Part shown: positions 1-9,764 of the stretch, one piece after another
How the letters are laid out: every line of letters starts with the position of its first letter
Position numbering within the stretch: position 1 is the first letter of the stretch
NCBI GenBank assembly: GCA_965233585.1
Contig: CBDDTI010000347.1
Location: forward strand, 1-13,303
DNA length: 13,303 bases
Reading direction: 5' to 3'
Source of the DNA: a bacterium
GTDB lineage: Bacteria; SAR324; NAC60-12
Notes under the pieces: generated by a model
Told to the model about the DNA's origin: nothing
Databases searched by the model: none
Seen by the model: only the letters and a program-made list of their open reading frames with translations
Program-made: the position numbers and the translations under genes

Positions 1-987
1 CATTATACCATCTTCTGCGCCCTTGCTAATTAAAGCACAGATTTGAGTTACGTAAAGCGCCCACGAAAAGCTGCAAATTTAAATTATCCGTACCAAAAGC
101 TTACTCAGTTTAGAAAGCTTGTTCAGTTTACAGACAACATTGATTCTTATCTATTAACAGTGGAACAACGAAATATCAAACAAACGCAGTAATCGCCTTT
201 TTTCATGATTGATCATGATTGTTAACGGTTTTTCAACCCTAACTTGATAGGCAAATCAATATTAATAAGACTCCGTGTTCAAACAGCCCGCTAAAACCAA
301 CCCAAAACATGTTATTTAACTCAACGAAGACGAATTATTACGACTATTTTAACACATATATTATATGCTTTACATCACATCTAACCAAGTGTTTACATCA
401 AAGCAGTTTAACATATTTCGCCGGTTTGAATGGACTTGCACAAAAAGTATGTGTTTTCTAGATAAAAAAAGAATTGGTAGCCTCAATGGGAAGAAATATT
501 TTACAAAAGTTACAAAAGGTTAAGAAATTTGAGAGAAACTGATTATGCCAAACATCAAACAAAGCAAGCGTATCCCTGAAGCAAAACTGTGGAATCTACC
601 TTTACAATTTTTTTCGAGACGTAAACAGAATAGGCCCTTTTCGCTTGGGCGATTTGTTTTCCAACTACAGACCACGTGATATTCTCGAGAGAATTGTTCT
701 TTTAGCCATCTAAAATTATTTATTCATACACACGCCACTTTTTGAAAATTTGTGCTGTCGGAATCCAGCAGAGAAATATTGTACAACAGTATCAAATACC
801 ACTCTCAAAAAGCCATGGCTTTAACACCTCAGACTGGAGTCCAAGGCGCAAGCCAAAAAACAAAATAAACTACGTACATCTCTGGAGGTAAACGACTACA
901 TCAGGAATAATAATTTGATATTTCGATTGGACTTTCTTTTAGCTTCTTTTTTTTATTGTTTTGACAGCTGACTACCAAGCACGCGTA

Positions 988-1075
988 ATGATCACCTTGA
1001 GTTGTTTGCTTTTTACGTTTGTATGCCTCTCGCAATCCAGACGATATTATGGCCAATATAACCATGGAAACCAAG
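988..1075 (+). CDS. Exon A of the tyrosinase gene: putative signal peptide MITLSCLLFTFVCLSQSRRYYGQYNHGNQ
   Basis: Polypyrimidine tract plus GACAG acceptor ending 967; ATG at 988; hydrophobic core; G|GTAAG donor after 1075 (phase 1, matching the next exon). The frame is also open from 968 (xDYQARV), so the true start may lie in an upstream exon. Confidence 0.7.
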
Positions 1076-1133
1076 GTAAGCCATTGGAGACTCGGCTATA
1101 TGTTTATAGGCTATGAAGGTTATGGTTGTTGGG

Positions 1134-1194
<61 letters not shown>

Positions 1195-1761
1195 TATAAT
1201 AATACAAAAAAACTTTATTAACAAATGTTCGAAACAAACTAAATTGCAATATTATGACCCACTACTTTTCATATAAATGTTACTGGTAAAAATTTAAAAG
1301 TTCTAAATATACTATTTTTCAAATTTCAAAACACAGCTATTTACTTTGTATTTACAAATTATAAAACTGAAAACATAAAAGAAAGAAAAATTTTGAGTCA
1401 ATGTTATAAAATGTTAAAATGCTTTTTGCTATAAAATCAGTGTCAAATTTGCAGAAGGATAACGCTATTAAAGGAAGGATAAACTATCTACATAAGACCG
1501 AGACTTCTAGTTCTAGATCAGTCTCCTGTATATTTGGAGTAGTTCTGCTCTTAGAACGCGAGCCTCGCAGGCAAACCAATGCAGACCTCAAAATGGCAAA
1601 TGAGACTCGAGTCCTAATCCATGTGATAGTGGAAGCGTAATAATAACAATAATAATAACAATAATAATATAGTAGTAGTGGTAGTAAATAGCTTTATTTG
1701 CATGACCGCAAGATTTTACAGTATTGCAAAGATAATTAATTATTAACAAAGCAAGGTTAAT

Positions 1762-1865
1762 AGTAATATTGTCCTAAGTTACATCACTTTCATTTGATAA
1801 TCACCTCAATTCTTCATCCTGAAAAAGTAATATTGTCTTAAGTTACATCATTTTCATTTGCTAAT
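1762..1865. repeat. 40-bp direct repeat, period 64
   Basis: AGTAATATTGTCYTAAGTTACATCAYTTTCATTTGMTAAT at 1762 and 1826, 3 mismatches. Confidence 0.85.
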
Positions 1866-1953
1866 AGGAGTTTATCACGTATATTTGTACATGAGGAGAT
1901 GAACTTCATTACCAGCTTATTTACACGATGATCGCCAGAGTTCATAGTAGTAG

Positions 1954-2923
1954 TGTAACACCAGGTTCACGGCAACTGTTGAAGGGCAAAATTATCACCT
2001 GCCAGACAACTCTTTGCGGTGGAAATAGCGCGTGGGAGATGCTTTACTAATCGAATTAAGGCCCAGAGATGGCAGAAAATCAACACTGATTGACGGTGAT
2101 TTAATTGACGATAATGGACGATAATCGAACGTAAACTGAAATGCAATGCAGTGAATAAACTAATTACTAGATAATAGCAGATACAAGATAACAAAAGTCA
2201 CGAAGCAATAATAGCGAACATTCCGATCATAACTGCGGTGTAACAACGCTTCCAGTAAAAAATTCACAATAAGACACAACTAAATTATTAGTGATCCCAA
2301 GCAGATACACATACGGTAAACTGTCCTAATCCAAAAAGTGATAACACTGTGAAAGGTTGAAACGATAAAATTGCACGATGCAATGAAAACGTGCTTGCGT
2401 GAGCGTCAATGCAAGCGATGTGGGAATAATTAGCAAGGAAAGGACTTAAACTGAATTGCCAAGGCTTCTTGTAGGAAGCCACTAAGTAAAACTTAAAGGA
2501 GTATAAACTATAGAGATTAACACTAAAACAAGACGAAATGAAAGCTTTGAAACTGGGCGCTGCCACGTGCTGGGCTTAGAACAATAGGCTGTTGTACACA
2601 AACCGAGACTAAACGGGTAGAGGCTCAAAAACGTAAACTTAAAAACTTATACTAAAAGGCAAATATGGAAATAGTTTGTACTTACACATCGGTTCCCGCT
2701 TGCACTCTAAATAGCCAAGGGTAGCTTAAACTTAAAATTCTTAACACACGTACTGTACGCTGAACGTAAACTCGAACTACTGGCGGGAATATGCCGCTAA
2801 CACTATCTATATAAGTCCACGTGTATAAGCTAATGACGTAATTGCTAAGCAACAAATTGGGGAATCAGAAAAAATCAAAATAAATCACTTAAATAGAGAA
2901 GCCTCGATATAGCGTTCGTTACA
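1954..2923. mobile_element. Probable solo LTR (970 bp) of an LTR retrotransposon
   Basis: Begins TGTAAC and ends GTTACA; flanked by 5-bp direct repeat AGTAG (1949-1953 and 2924-2928); no recognisable coding sequence. Confidence 0.7.
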
Positions 2924-2993
<70 letters not shown>

Positions 2994-3528
2994 ACAAATT
3001 AAAATTAAAAAAAAAGACTAAACTCAGAAACACAGCCCCCCTCCCCGCCCCCCCCCCCCCCCGCAAAAAAAAATTTAGTCCTTACCACGACAGAAAACAT
3101 AGTAAATGAATTCTTCTATTCAATCAGAGAACGGCATTCGTGATAGAAGGCGAGTAGATTTATACTAAAATGCCTTAGAGCACATGCGAAGAATATGGGG
3201 CTGATTATACCTAAAAAGTGCTTTTTTATACCAAATGAGCTCGCTGTCAAAGAAAATGCATATATGAGCAAATCGTGAGGGCCATTTTCGTCCAATTATG
3301 TTGTTTGCAAAGAAGAATCGAGTAACTTTAAAGTTGCAATGATGATGGCCGGGGCTGGGCTGTTTAGAGCCTGATTAAGATAACCCAGGCTAAAGGAGCA
3401 TTTGGTGTAACACAGATTTTACATTACAAAGCAAAAACTGAGGTCTTTAAAAACTAAACTATTTGTTTATACGTTTTTTTGTTGTTTTTTTTTGTTTGTT
3501 TGCCTGTTTGTTTTTTATTTTTTTTCAG

Positions 3529-3702
3529 GAGGTGGCTTTTGCTACGGTAAACCTAATGGTAACTAACGTGATCCCGACAATTGTTACGGGTACATCACCT
3601 GCTCAAATTGGATAACGTACAAAAGGAACTGTTACCGCGGCTTAAAATACAACAAGGATACGAACCAATGTGATTGGCCACAGAATGTTCAATGCGGCCA
3701 AG
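3529..3702 (+). pseudogene. Exon B: chitin-binding type 2 (CBM14/peritrophin-A) domain with in-frame TAA at 3564-3566
   Basis: T-rich tract plus TTCAG acceptor, G|GTAGG donor, 174 nt, phase 1-1. Translation GGGFCYGKPNGN*RDPDNCYGYITCSNWITYKRNCYRGLKYNKDTNQCDWPQNVQCGQ shows the six-Cys CBM14 pattern (C..G.Y.DP..C..Y..C...C..GL.Y.....CDWP..V.C); the stop replaces the conserved Tyr. Confidence 0.9.
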
Positions 3703-3731
3703 GTAGGATTTGTTAAACCTTTTTTAAGAAA

Positions 3732-3788
3732 TATTTAACAACTATTCACCGCTAGCCGCCGACACGGAGGTGAGTAGATGTTTTAGTA
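3732..3788. mobile_element. Hairpin end of a palindromic non-autonomous element, truncated by a MITE insertion
   Basis: TATTT-AACAACTATTCACC (3737-3750) pairs 12/14 with GGTGAGTAGATGTT (3769-3782), followed by TTAGTA; same terminus pattern as elements at 6738-6929, 7196-7587 and 9804-10055. Confidence 0.6.
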
Positions 3789-3945
3789 GAGCTGTTTCGA
3801 AAAAGGTTGTCTTACAAACGGGAAAAGTGTATGCGATAAGCGATAATGCCAAAAGTTGTTATGGGTAATGGTGGTATTTTCGGTTTCTTGAGCGAACCTC
3901 AAGGTGTTTCAGCGAGGTAGAAGAAAACAGCATAAACACATGTAT
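3789..3945 (-). mobile_element. Truncated copy of the Tc1/mariner-like MITE at 12637-12924, in opposite orientation
   Basis: GAGCTGTTTCGAAAAAGGTTGTCTTACAAACGGGAAAAG...TCAAGGTGTTTCAGCG aligns to the reverse complement of about 12780-12924; preceded by TA. Confidence 0.85.
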
Positions 3946-4500
3946 TCAAACAGGTAGGACGTTCTTGAGACCTTCAACGACTTTCGCACTAATTGTTTCT
4001 GCGCATCCTTACTTTGCAAGCAAATTCATCACATCATGCATCGATGCGTGCGCCAAGTAATAAAATGAACATTGATAGGGCAGATGGCCATCGCTATAGT
4101 TTGCCTGGATTTAATTCGGTGACTCCTATTTTTCTTTTGATAGATCATTTTCTATACGTATTTGTCACAGTTACCGAAGAAAATAAGAAAAACTATCTAT
4201 TAAAAGTTTGAATTTTTTGGGCAAAATTCACCAGCGAAATCAGTTATTTTTAATTCTTCGTTTATCTGTGCGGCGGTTTTAAATGTCTTTTGCAGCGTCA
4301 TGAAACGTTGGTTATATTTAGAACTTTTTACGCAACAGACGCACTTCTCTAAAATATGACTAAGATCGTTTGCCTGCGTCGACTCACCTCCAATACTTTT
4401 AACTATAAGCCCCTGTAGACTAAGCTGAATTACCTGTGCCGATGTTTCAAAATCAGCGTAGTTTTCCACACGCTTTTCCTCTGAAACGAAGTCGGTCCGT

Positions 4501-5278
4501 CTTTTTTCCCATGACGGCACGGTCACCAATACTGCAATCTGATTGGTTCTTAGCATGGTCCGGATTTTCCTATCTCTGACCACGGTCACAGTAACTGTGG
4601 GAAACAGCGCGGGTGAAATTGTCGTGTTTGTCAATAACGTGACTGAACTAGAGGTAATCGTCAATCTTTTTCCTTTTCATCATTCTTTCGACGATTAATC
4701 AACCCAGGTTTATTCCTATTCACTTTTAAATGGCATAGAAAGTCACTGCAAGTAAATTATATAAAGCATTTTGAATTTGTAGGAGTTTGTTAGTTCGTCT
4801 GTAGCTCGGCACTGTAATGTCGCGTAATCCTTTGTTTCTCTTGCTGCACAATTTTAAGAAGAAAACGTCAGCTGCAGTCGAATTTATCTCACTGATCGTT
4901 GCTGTATTTAAGAGATTTTCCGCGGAGTACACTTAACGGATTTCCACGCTATCTGCTTCTCAATTTACGGTGGAAAAGTCTGGCGTCCAGTGATTCGCAG
5001 TGACTGATAGAAATTGTTCTTTAATACTTTTTTCTTTTTCTAGTGTCTGCGGGGATTACTCGCTCGTTAGGTTTTTTACGATTCAGTGACAAGATTGCGT
5101 TAACCTACTTGTAAGCCAATTTACCGCATGAAAAAAAAAAAAAAAAAAAAAACTAAATGAGCTATTTGCTAGCTTAGGGTCAGTCCGTGAACCTTTGACC
5201 TCGGGCTTGAAAGTAAGGCCGCAAACCTTGGGCAGCATTTTCAAGACCTCGCCCACAGTTTTCACTAACAAATAACAT
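4501..5278. mobile_element. Degraded hairpin-ended interspersed element
   Basis: Left end TTTTTTCCCATGACGG loosely complements internal CCGCATGAAAAAA (about 5124-5137); CTGATTGG about 40 bp from the left end; degenerate terminal hairpin about 5160-5277 (CTTGAAA/TTTCAAG, TATTTG/CAAATA). Boundaries approximate. Confidence 0.4.
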
Positions 5279-5309
5279 TGATATAATCTAGCGTTGATAT
5301 AATCTAGGT

Positions 5310-5719
5310 GCTGTGATCAACAGAAGGTATGACTTGCCATTTTATTACTGATTAGTTTCATGCCGCACAAGAAGTGCGGCATTCATCAGATAAAATAGCC
5401 AAATGCAACGATCATTATAACGCCCGCTTATTATAGACGTACTTGGCCACGCGGAATTCAGACTTGAACAATTGCTTTCGCCTGGCAATAAAAGGCTCAA
5501 AGTTGGCGTACCTACAGGAAATTACCAGTTCATTACGCTTGTTCAAGGTCGCTAGTTCAGGTCTACAAATGATGAAATATTTCTCCCACAGACACAGCGG
5601 TTTGAAAAAGGCCTTAAGGGAGAGGTTTGTTTTACACTTTTCCAGGTGATCTCGAACGTCAACTTTGCCTCCTTTAAATGCCAAACGTGCTTATTGAGTT
5701 CTGTACTGAGTCTCTTGCT
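5310..5719 (-). mobile_element. 5'-truncated Penelope-like retroelement remnant (GIY-YIG endonuclease C-terminus plus 3' region)
   Basis: Minus-strand translation from 5719 is [42 protein letters not shown], then a frameshift near 5597 to [33 protein letters not shown]; this matches the TELSKH.W...I.W....C.LCL.EK..I.......LNKR.EL...CRH motif of PLE GIY-YIG domains. A hammerhead lies downstream. 3' boundary approximate. Confidence 0.85.
5336..5399 (-). ncRNA. Type I hammerhead ribozyme (PLE-associated, minimal stem III)
   Basis: Minus strand: GCUAUUUUAU CUGAUGA AUGCCGCAC uucuu GUGCGGCAU GAAA CU aauc AG UA AUAAAAUGGC. Stem I 10 bp (one G-U), stem II 9 bp perfect, complete core, GUA cleavage triplet. 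Confidence 0.88.
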
Positions 5720-6929
5720 GGGGTCGTTGAAAGAAGATCTGTGATTGGCAAATCTCGTTTCAGCCCCACATAAGTTTGGGCTGGCCTGCTGTCATTCCGT
5801 TGTCACGGTTAATTGGAAAACTACGGATGATTTCAGACAATTTCTGGTCAGTGGACAGTCAGCTGGCCACCAATTTTGAAAGCATGTAACTGCCAAAGAT
5901 CAGGGAGATAAAGAATCCCACTAACTGCTGGCGTTATAGTCGGTACAGACATGGCAAGATCTTTGCGCGATCTACCTCTATTTTTAAAAATACCGTTGTA
6001 CTGGCAATCTACATCTGGCTTATTGTTTTTTTTTTTAAAGGACAATGTAACAGCTAATAATATCATGACGAAGGCTCTTCTCTCAAGATTTGAAGATACA
6101 TAACCTTACTTTCCGCTGCGAATGAGTCTGTCCGTTTTAGGGCACAGCAGCGAGCTAAGTATAGCTAACCACAGTCCACGGTCAACAGCATCGAAACTAA
6201 AATGTGTCTCCGACACTATATCAAGCTGATTTGAGAATCACCAGCTACAGAAGACAAAAAATTCCTCCATCACTTACGCTCCTTCCATTCAAACTCGAAT
6301 TAAATGGCCTCTACGTTGACCGTAACCACAAGTTTTCATAGGGTATTTTTTCAACTCCTATAATTTTCAGGGCAACGTCCAAGCTTTTCGGCTCATAGGG
6401 CTGCTCCGATGACAAAAATTGACTTGATTTTCTAGCATTTTCTTCAAGATTTGTAGATTTCGTGGTTCAATTCTGCTTTTGCTGTAAGTTTCATTCAGCG
6501 AGGAGCGACGCTCGGGTCAGGTTTGACAGTGGCGCGATTTTACTCGACGAATCGCGATTCTTTGCTACGCATAGCAACCAATGAAATTGCTTCATTTTGA
6601 ATCGATCATTGATCACGTCAAATGGCTTTTTTTCGTGCAAAGGCGGGGCAAAGGGGGGGGGGGGGGGGGGCAAAAGGCTGTCTTTCGCGTTATGTCGAAA
6701 TATTTTGAAATAAAAAAGGCCTTTTGTTATTATATAAAACAAATAGTTCCGTGTTGCCGTGCGTCTGATTCAATAATAGATCACAGAAGACGTCAAAATG
6801 TGGTAAGAACATCAGCGACACACTCAGCTACGACTCGTGTGCCACTTATTTGTTCTTACCACATTTTGACGTCATCTGTGGTCTATTAATGAACAGACGC
6901 ACGGAAACATGGAATCTATTTGTTAAATA
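5720..6929. mobile_element. About 1.2-kb non-coding element ending in a 187-bp palindrome (6738-6924); left end abuts the Penelope remnant
   Basis: Perfect 23-bp inverted core (6789-6811 vs 6851-6873) inside arms of about 74 bp; ends TATTTGTTAAATA; GATTGG near the left boundary. The palindrome is certain; the left boundary is inferred. Confidence 0.6.
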
Positions 6930-7195
6930 AACCACGCGGGACGTTGGTAGAACACTCGAAGAATTCGTAAATCACGCAAATCACATTGCTTATAATAACG
7001 TAACAACATTGGCCTAAATATCATACAGCATACCAACATTGTGTTGAAATCTTTTCTTCAGTTAAGCAGTTACAAAATTTGAAGTCCTGCAGAACTACGA
7101 GACAGGGAAATGCTATTAACTGTGTATAAAGGCAGTGAAAGTGTAATAAAAACAAAACTAATCCAAGCTTAAAATTGCACTATCAGAAATGTAGA

Positions 7196-7587
7196 TATTA
7201 AACAATGATTGCATGAGGTTGAGCATAATATTATGAATTATCAAAACCGAGGTCTGTGTTATATGCCGAAGCCGAAGGCTCAGGCAGATAACACAGCCAC
7301 GAGGTTTTGATAATTCATGATATCATGCGAATACCGAATTCAATAATTGTTTTATTATACATTTTTCACATAATTCATCCTCAAAAACAGAAGCGAAGCG
7401 TTCAGCCATTTTGTTTCTGAGAAGAACACTCCAAGGGGCTTAGTAACCAGGCAGACGGTGAACTTGACATGATAAATGCAATATCTGCAGCAGATATTGC
7501 ATTTCACGTCAAGTTCACAAGCTATTGTGAATTGATTGAATGCTCTCGACCAATCAGATTTTTCATAGTGCGTCTGATGTATAATAA
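7196..7587. mobile_element. About 390-bp hairpin-ended non-autonomous element
   Basis: Palindrome 7200-7352 centred on AGCC-GAA-GGCT; internal TTATTATACAT (7352-7362) complements terminal ATGTATAATAA (7577-7587); CCAATCAG about 35 bp from that end. Confidence 0.75.
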
Positions 7588-7599
7588 TAAAGAATATAA

Positions 7600-8060
<461 letters not shown>

Positions 8061-8361
8061 GAATTAATTTTAAGAGATAAGGAGGTATTCGATATCATAA
8101 ATCCGTCCCAAGCTCAGCAGCACCCGAAGTCACTAAACCTAGAATCGTTCAGCCTTGCTTTGCAACTGCGCTAGGTACATTACTTAGCAACATAAATCCC
8201 GTGCGCACTGGTTGCACACCAAAAGGTAGCGCGAAGGTTCCTTACTTTGCAGTAACGTGACACATCCTTTATGTGATTCAACGCTAACTTAATATATCCT
8301 CGTTCAAGCAATCTTAAACTGAGTATTTCTAAAGGGATCAGGCAATAGCTAATGCATATTA

Positions 8362-8622
8362 GGGAAAGTTCATTTAATATGACAAGGGGGGCGGGGGAAT
8401 GAAGATATTGAAACGCGAAGCTTGAAATTTTAGCAGCCCCCCTCACTAGCGGTTCAATTTTGTAGGAGCCCCCGTCTCCTGTTGGTTTTGAAGTATACAA
8501 ACGTCCGGAGCCCCCCTAATTTTTTCAGAGCCCCTCTTTTCGTTGTCTAAAAAGATCCGGAGCCCCCCTCAATATCTTCATCCCCCCCCCCCCCCCCCTT
8601 GTCATATTAAATGATTTTTCCC
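8362..8622. mobile_element. PIF/Harbinger-like MITE, 261 bp
   Basis: TIRs of about 50 bp, GGGAAAGTTCATTTAATATGACAAGGGGG...TGAAGATATTGA and TCAATATCTTCA...CCCCTTGTCATATTAAATGATTTTTCCC; TTA duplicated at 8359-8361 and 8623-8625. Confidence 0.85.
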
Positions 8623-8712
8623 TTACTTCGAAGCCGCTGGTTTATAAATTTGTAAATTGTAGACTGTTAAGTTGACGCTGTATTTTTGTTGTCCCTTACA
8701 TCTGTGCATTAG

Positions 8713-8883
8713 AAACGCCATCCCCAGAACCTGAATGTAAGACGGCAAAGACAACAGACGACAAATGCTGCAGTTTACTTTTTACTTAAAAAGGAGTAAC
8801 ATACAATTCCTGTACCAACGTTGATCACAACAAGCTGTGGTGTTCGTTGGACGCTAAATATAAAGGAAGGTGGGGAAATTGTG
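8713..8883 (+). pseudogene. Exon C1: fibronectin type II domain, copy 1, with in-frame TAA at 8787-8789 and Pro->Leu at 8778-8780
   Basis: TTAG acceptor and G|GTAAG donor, 171 nt, phase 1-1. ETPSPEPECKTAKTTDDKCCSLLFT*KGVTYNSCTNVDHNKLWCSLDAKYKGRWGNC; copies 2 and 3 have CCT and TAC at these codons. Confidence 0.88.
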
Positions 8884-9025
8884 GTAAGTATTAGAATGAT
8901 GTTGATTAACTAATCACTCTTGAGATTGCAGGAATTAAACTAAATGCGTAAATATGGCAAACTGGTGACTTTGCCAGAATGCTCAAACTACTGTATTTTT
9001 GTTGTCCCTTACATCTGTGCATTAG

Positions 9026-9196
9026 AAACGCCATCCCCAGAACCTGAATGTAAGACGGCAAAGACAACAGACGACAAATGCTGCAGTTTACCTTTTACTT
9101 ACAAAGGAGTAACATACAATTCCTGTACTAACGTTGATCACAACAAGCTGTGGTGTTCGTTGGACGCTAAATATAAAGGAAGGTGGGGAAATTGTG
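9026..9196 (+). CDS. Exon C2: fibronectin type II domain, copy 2 (intact)
   Basis: FN2 motif C..PFTYKG..Y..CT......WC.....Y...WG.C; AG/GT boundaries, 171 nt, phase 1-1. Confidence 0.88.
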
Positions 9197-9338
9197 GTAA
9201 GTATTAGAATGATGTTGATTAACTAATCACTCTTGAGATTGCAGGAATTAAACCAAATGCGTAAATATGGCAAACTGGTGACTTTGCCAGAATGCTCAAA
9301 CTACTGTATTTTTGTTGTCCCTTACATCTGTGCATTAG

Positions 9339-9509
9339 AAACGCCATCCCCAGAACCTGAATGTAAGACGGCAAAGACAACAGACGACAAATGCTGCAGT
9401 TTACCTTTTACTTACAAAGGAGTAACATACAATTCCTGTACCAACGTTGATCACAACAAGCTGTGGTGTTCGTTGGACGCTAACTACAAAGGAAAGTGGG
9501 GAAATTGTG
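9339..9509 (+). CDS. Exon C3: fibronectin type II domain, copy 3 (intact)
   Basis: Same as copy 2 but ends SLDANYKGKWGNC; AG/GT boundaries, 171 nt, phase 1-1. Confidence 0.9.
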
Positions 9510-9764
9510 GTAAGTATTAGAATGATGTTGATTAACTAATCACTCTTGAGAAAATGTTTGCAGGAATCTAACCAAATACGTAAATGTGGCAAACTGGTGA
9601 CTTTCCCAGAATGCCCAAACTTCGTTTTTAATTAAGCTGTTAATTCACATGCAAGTATTGATGTCTGAGAGATTTGTTTCTCAACTTAGTTGATGTTTGA
9701 TCCGAGAATGAGTACAATCATTATTTATTTCTTTAGAAATTAAAACCTGTCCATCATTTGTCCA

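Larger units (their letters stand above)
8678..9621 (+). repeat. Tandem triplication, 313-bp unit containing acceptor, FN2 exon, donor and intron piece
   Basis: CTGTATTTTTGTTGTCCC recurs at 8678, 8991 and 9304; units are near-identical. Confidence 0.97.

Noticed and set aside
3564..3566. Programmed readthrough or recoding of the in-frame stops
   Set aside because: Both stops are TAA rather than TGA/TAG, no SECIS-like or readthrough context is evident, and sister FN2 copies show the ancestral TAC.
3950..4664. 154-aa minus-strand ORF and a suspected interspersed repeat at about 3990-4250
   Set aside because: No protein motif; no termini or second copy in the window to support a call.
5686..5700. 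CGTGCTTATTGAGTT resembles the left half of the target site at 9791-9806, suggesting a second identical integration site
   Set aside because: On the minus strand it encodes the conserved TELNKH motif of the Penelope GIY-YIG domain, which continues to about 5719, so the match is coincidental.
6652..6670. Long G and C runs (also 3035-3062, 8582-8598) as functional G-quadruplexes
   Set aside because: Simple homopolymer expansions, mostly within repeats, with length unreliable in assemblies.
8678..9621. CRISPR-like or prokaryotic repeat array
   Set aside because: Units are 313-bp exon-containing duplicates with no unique spacers; the context is eukaryotic.
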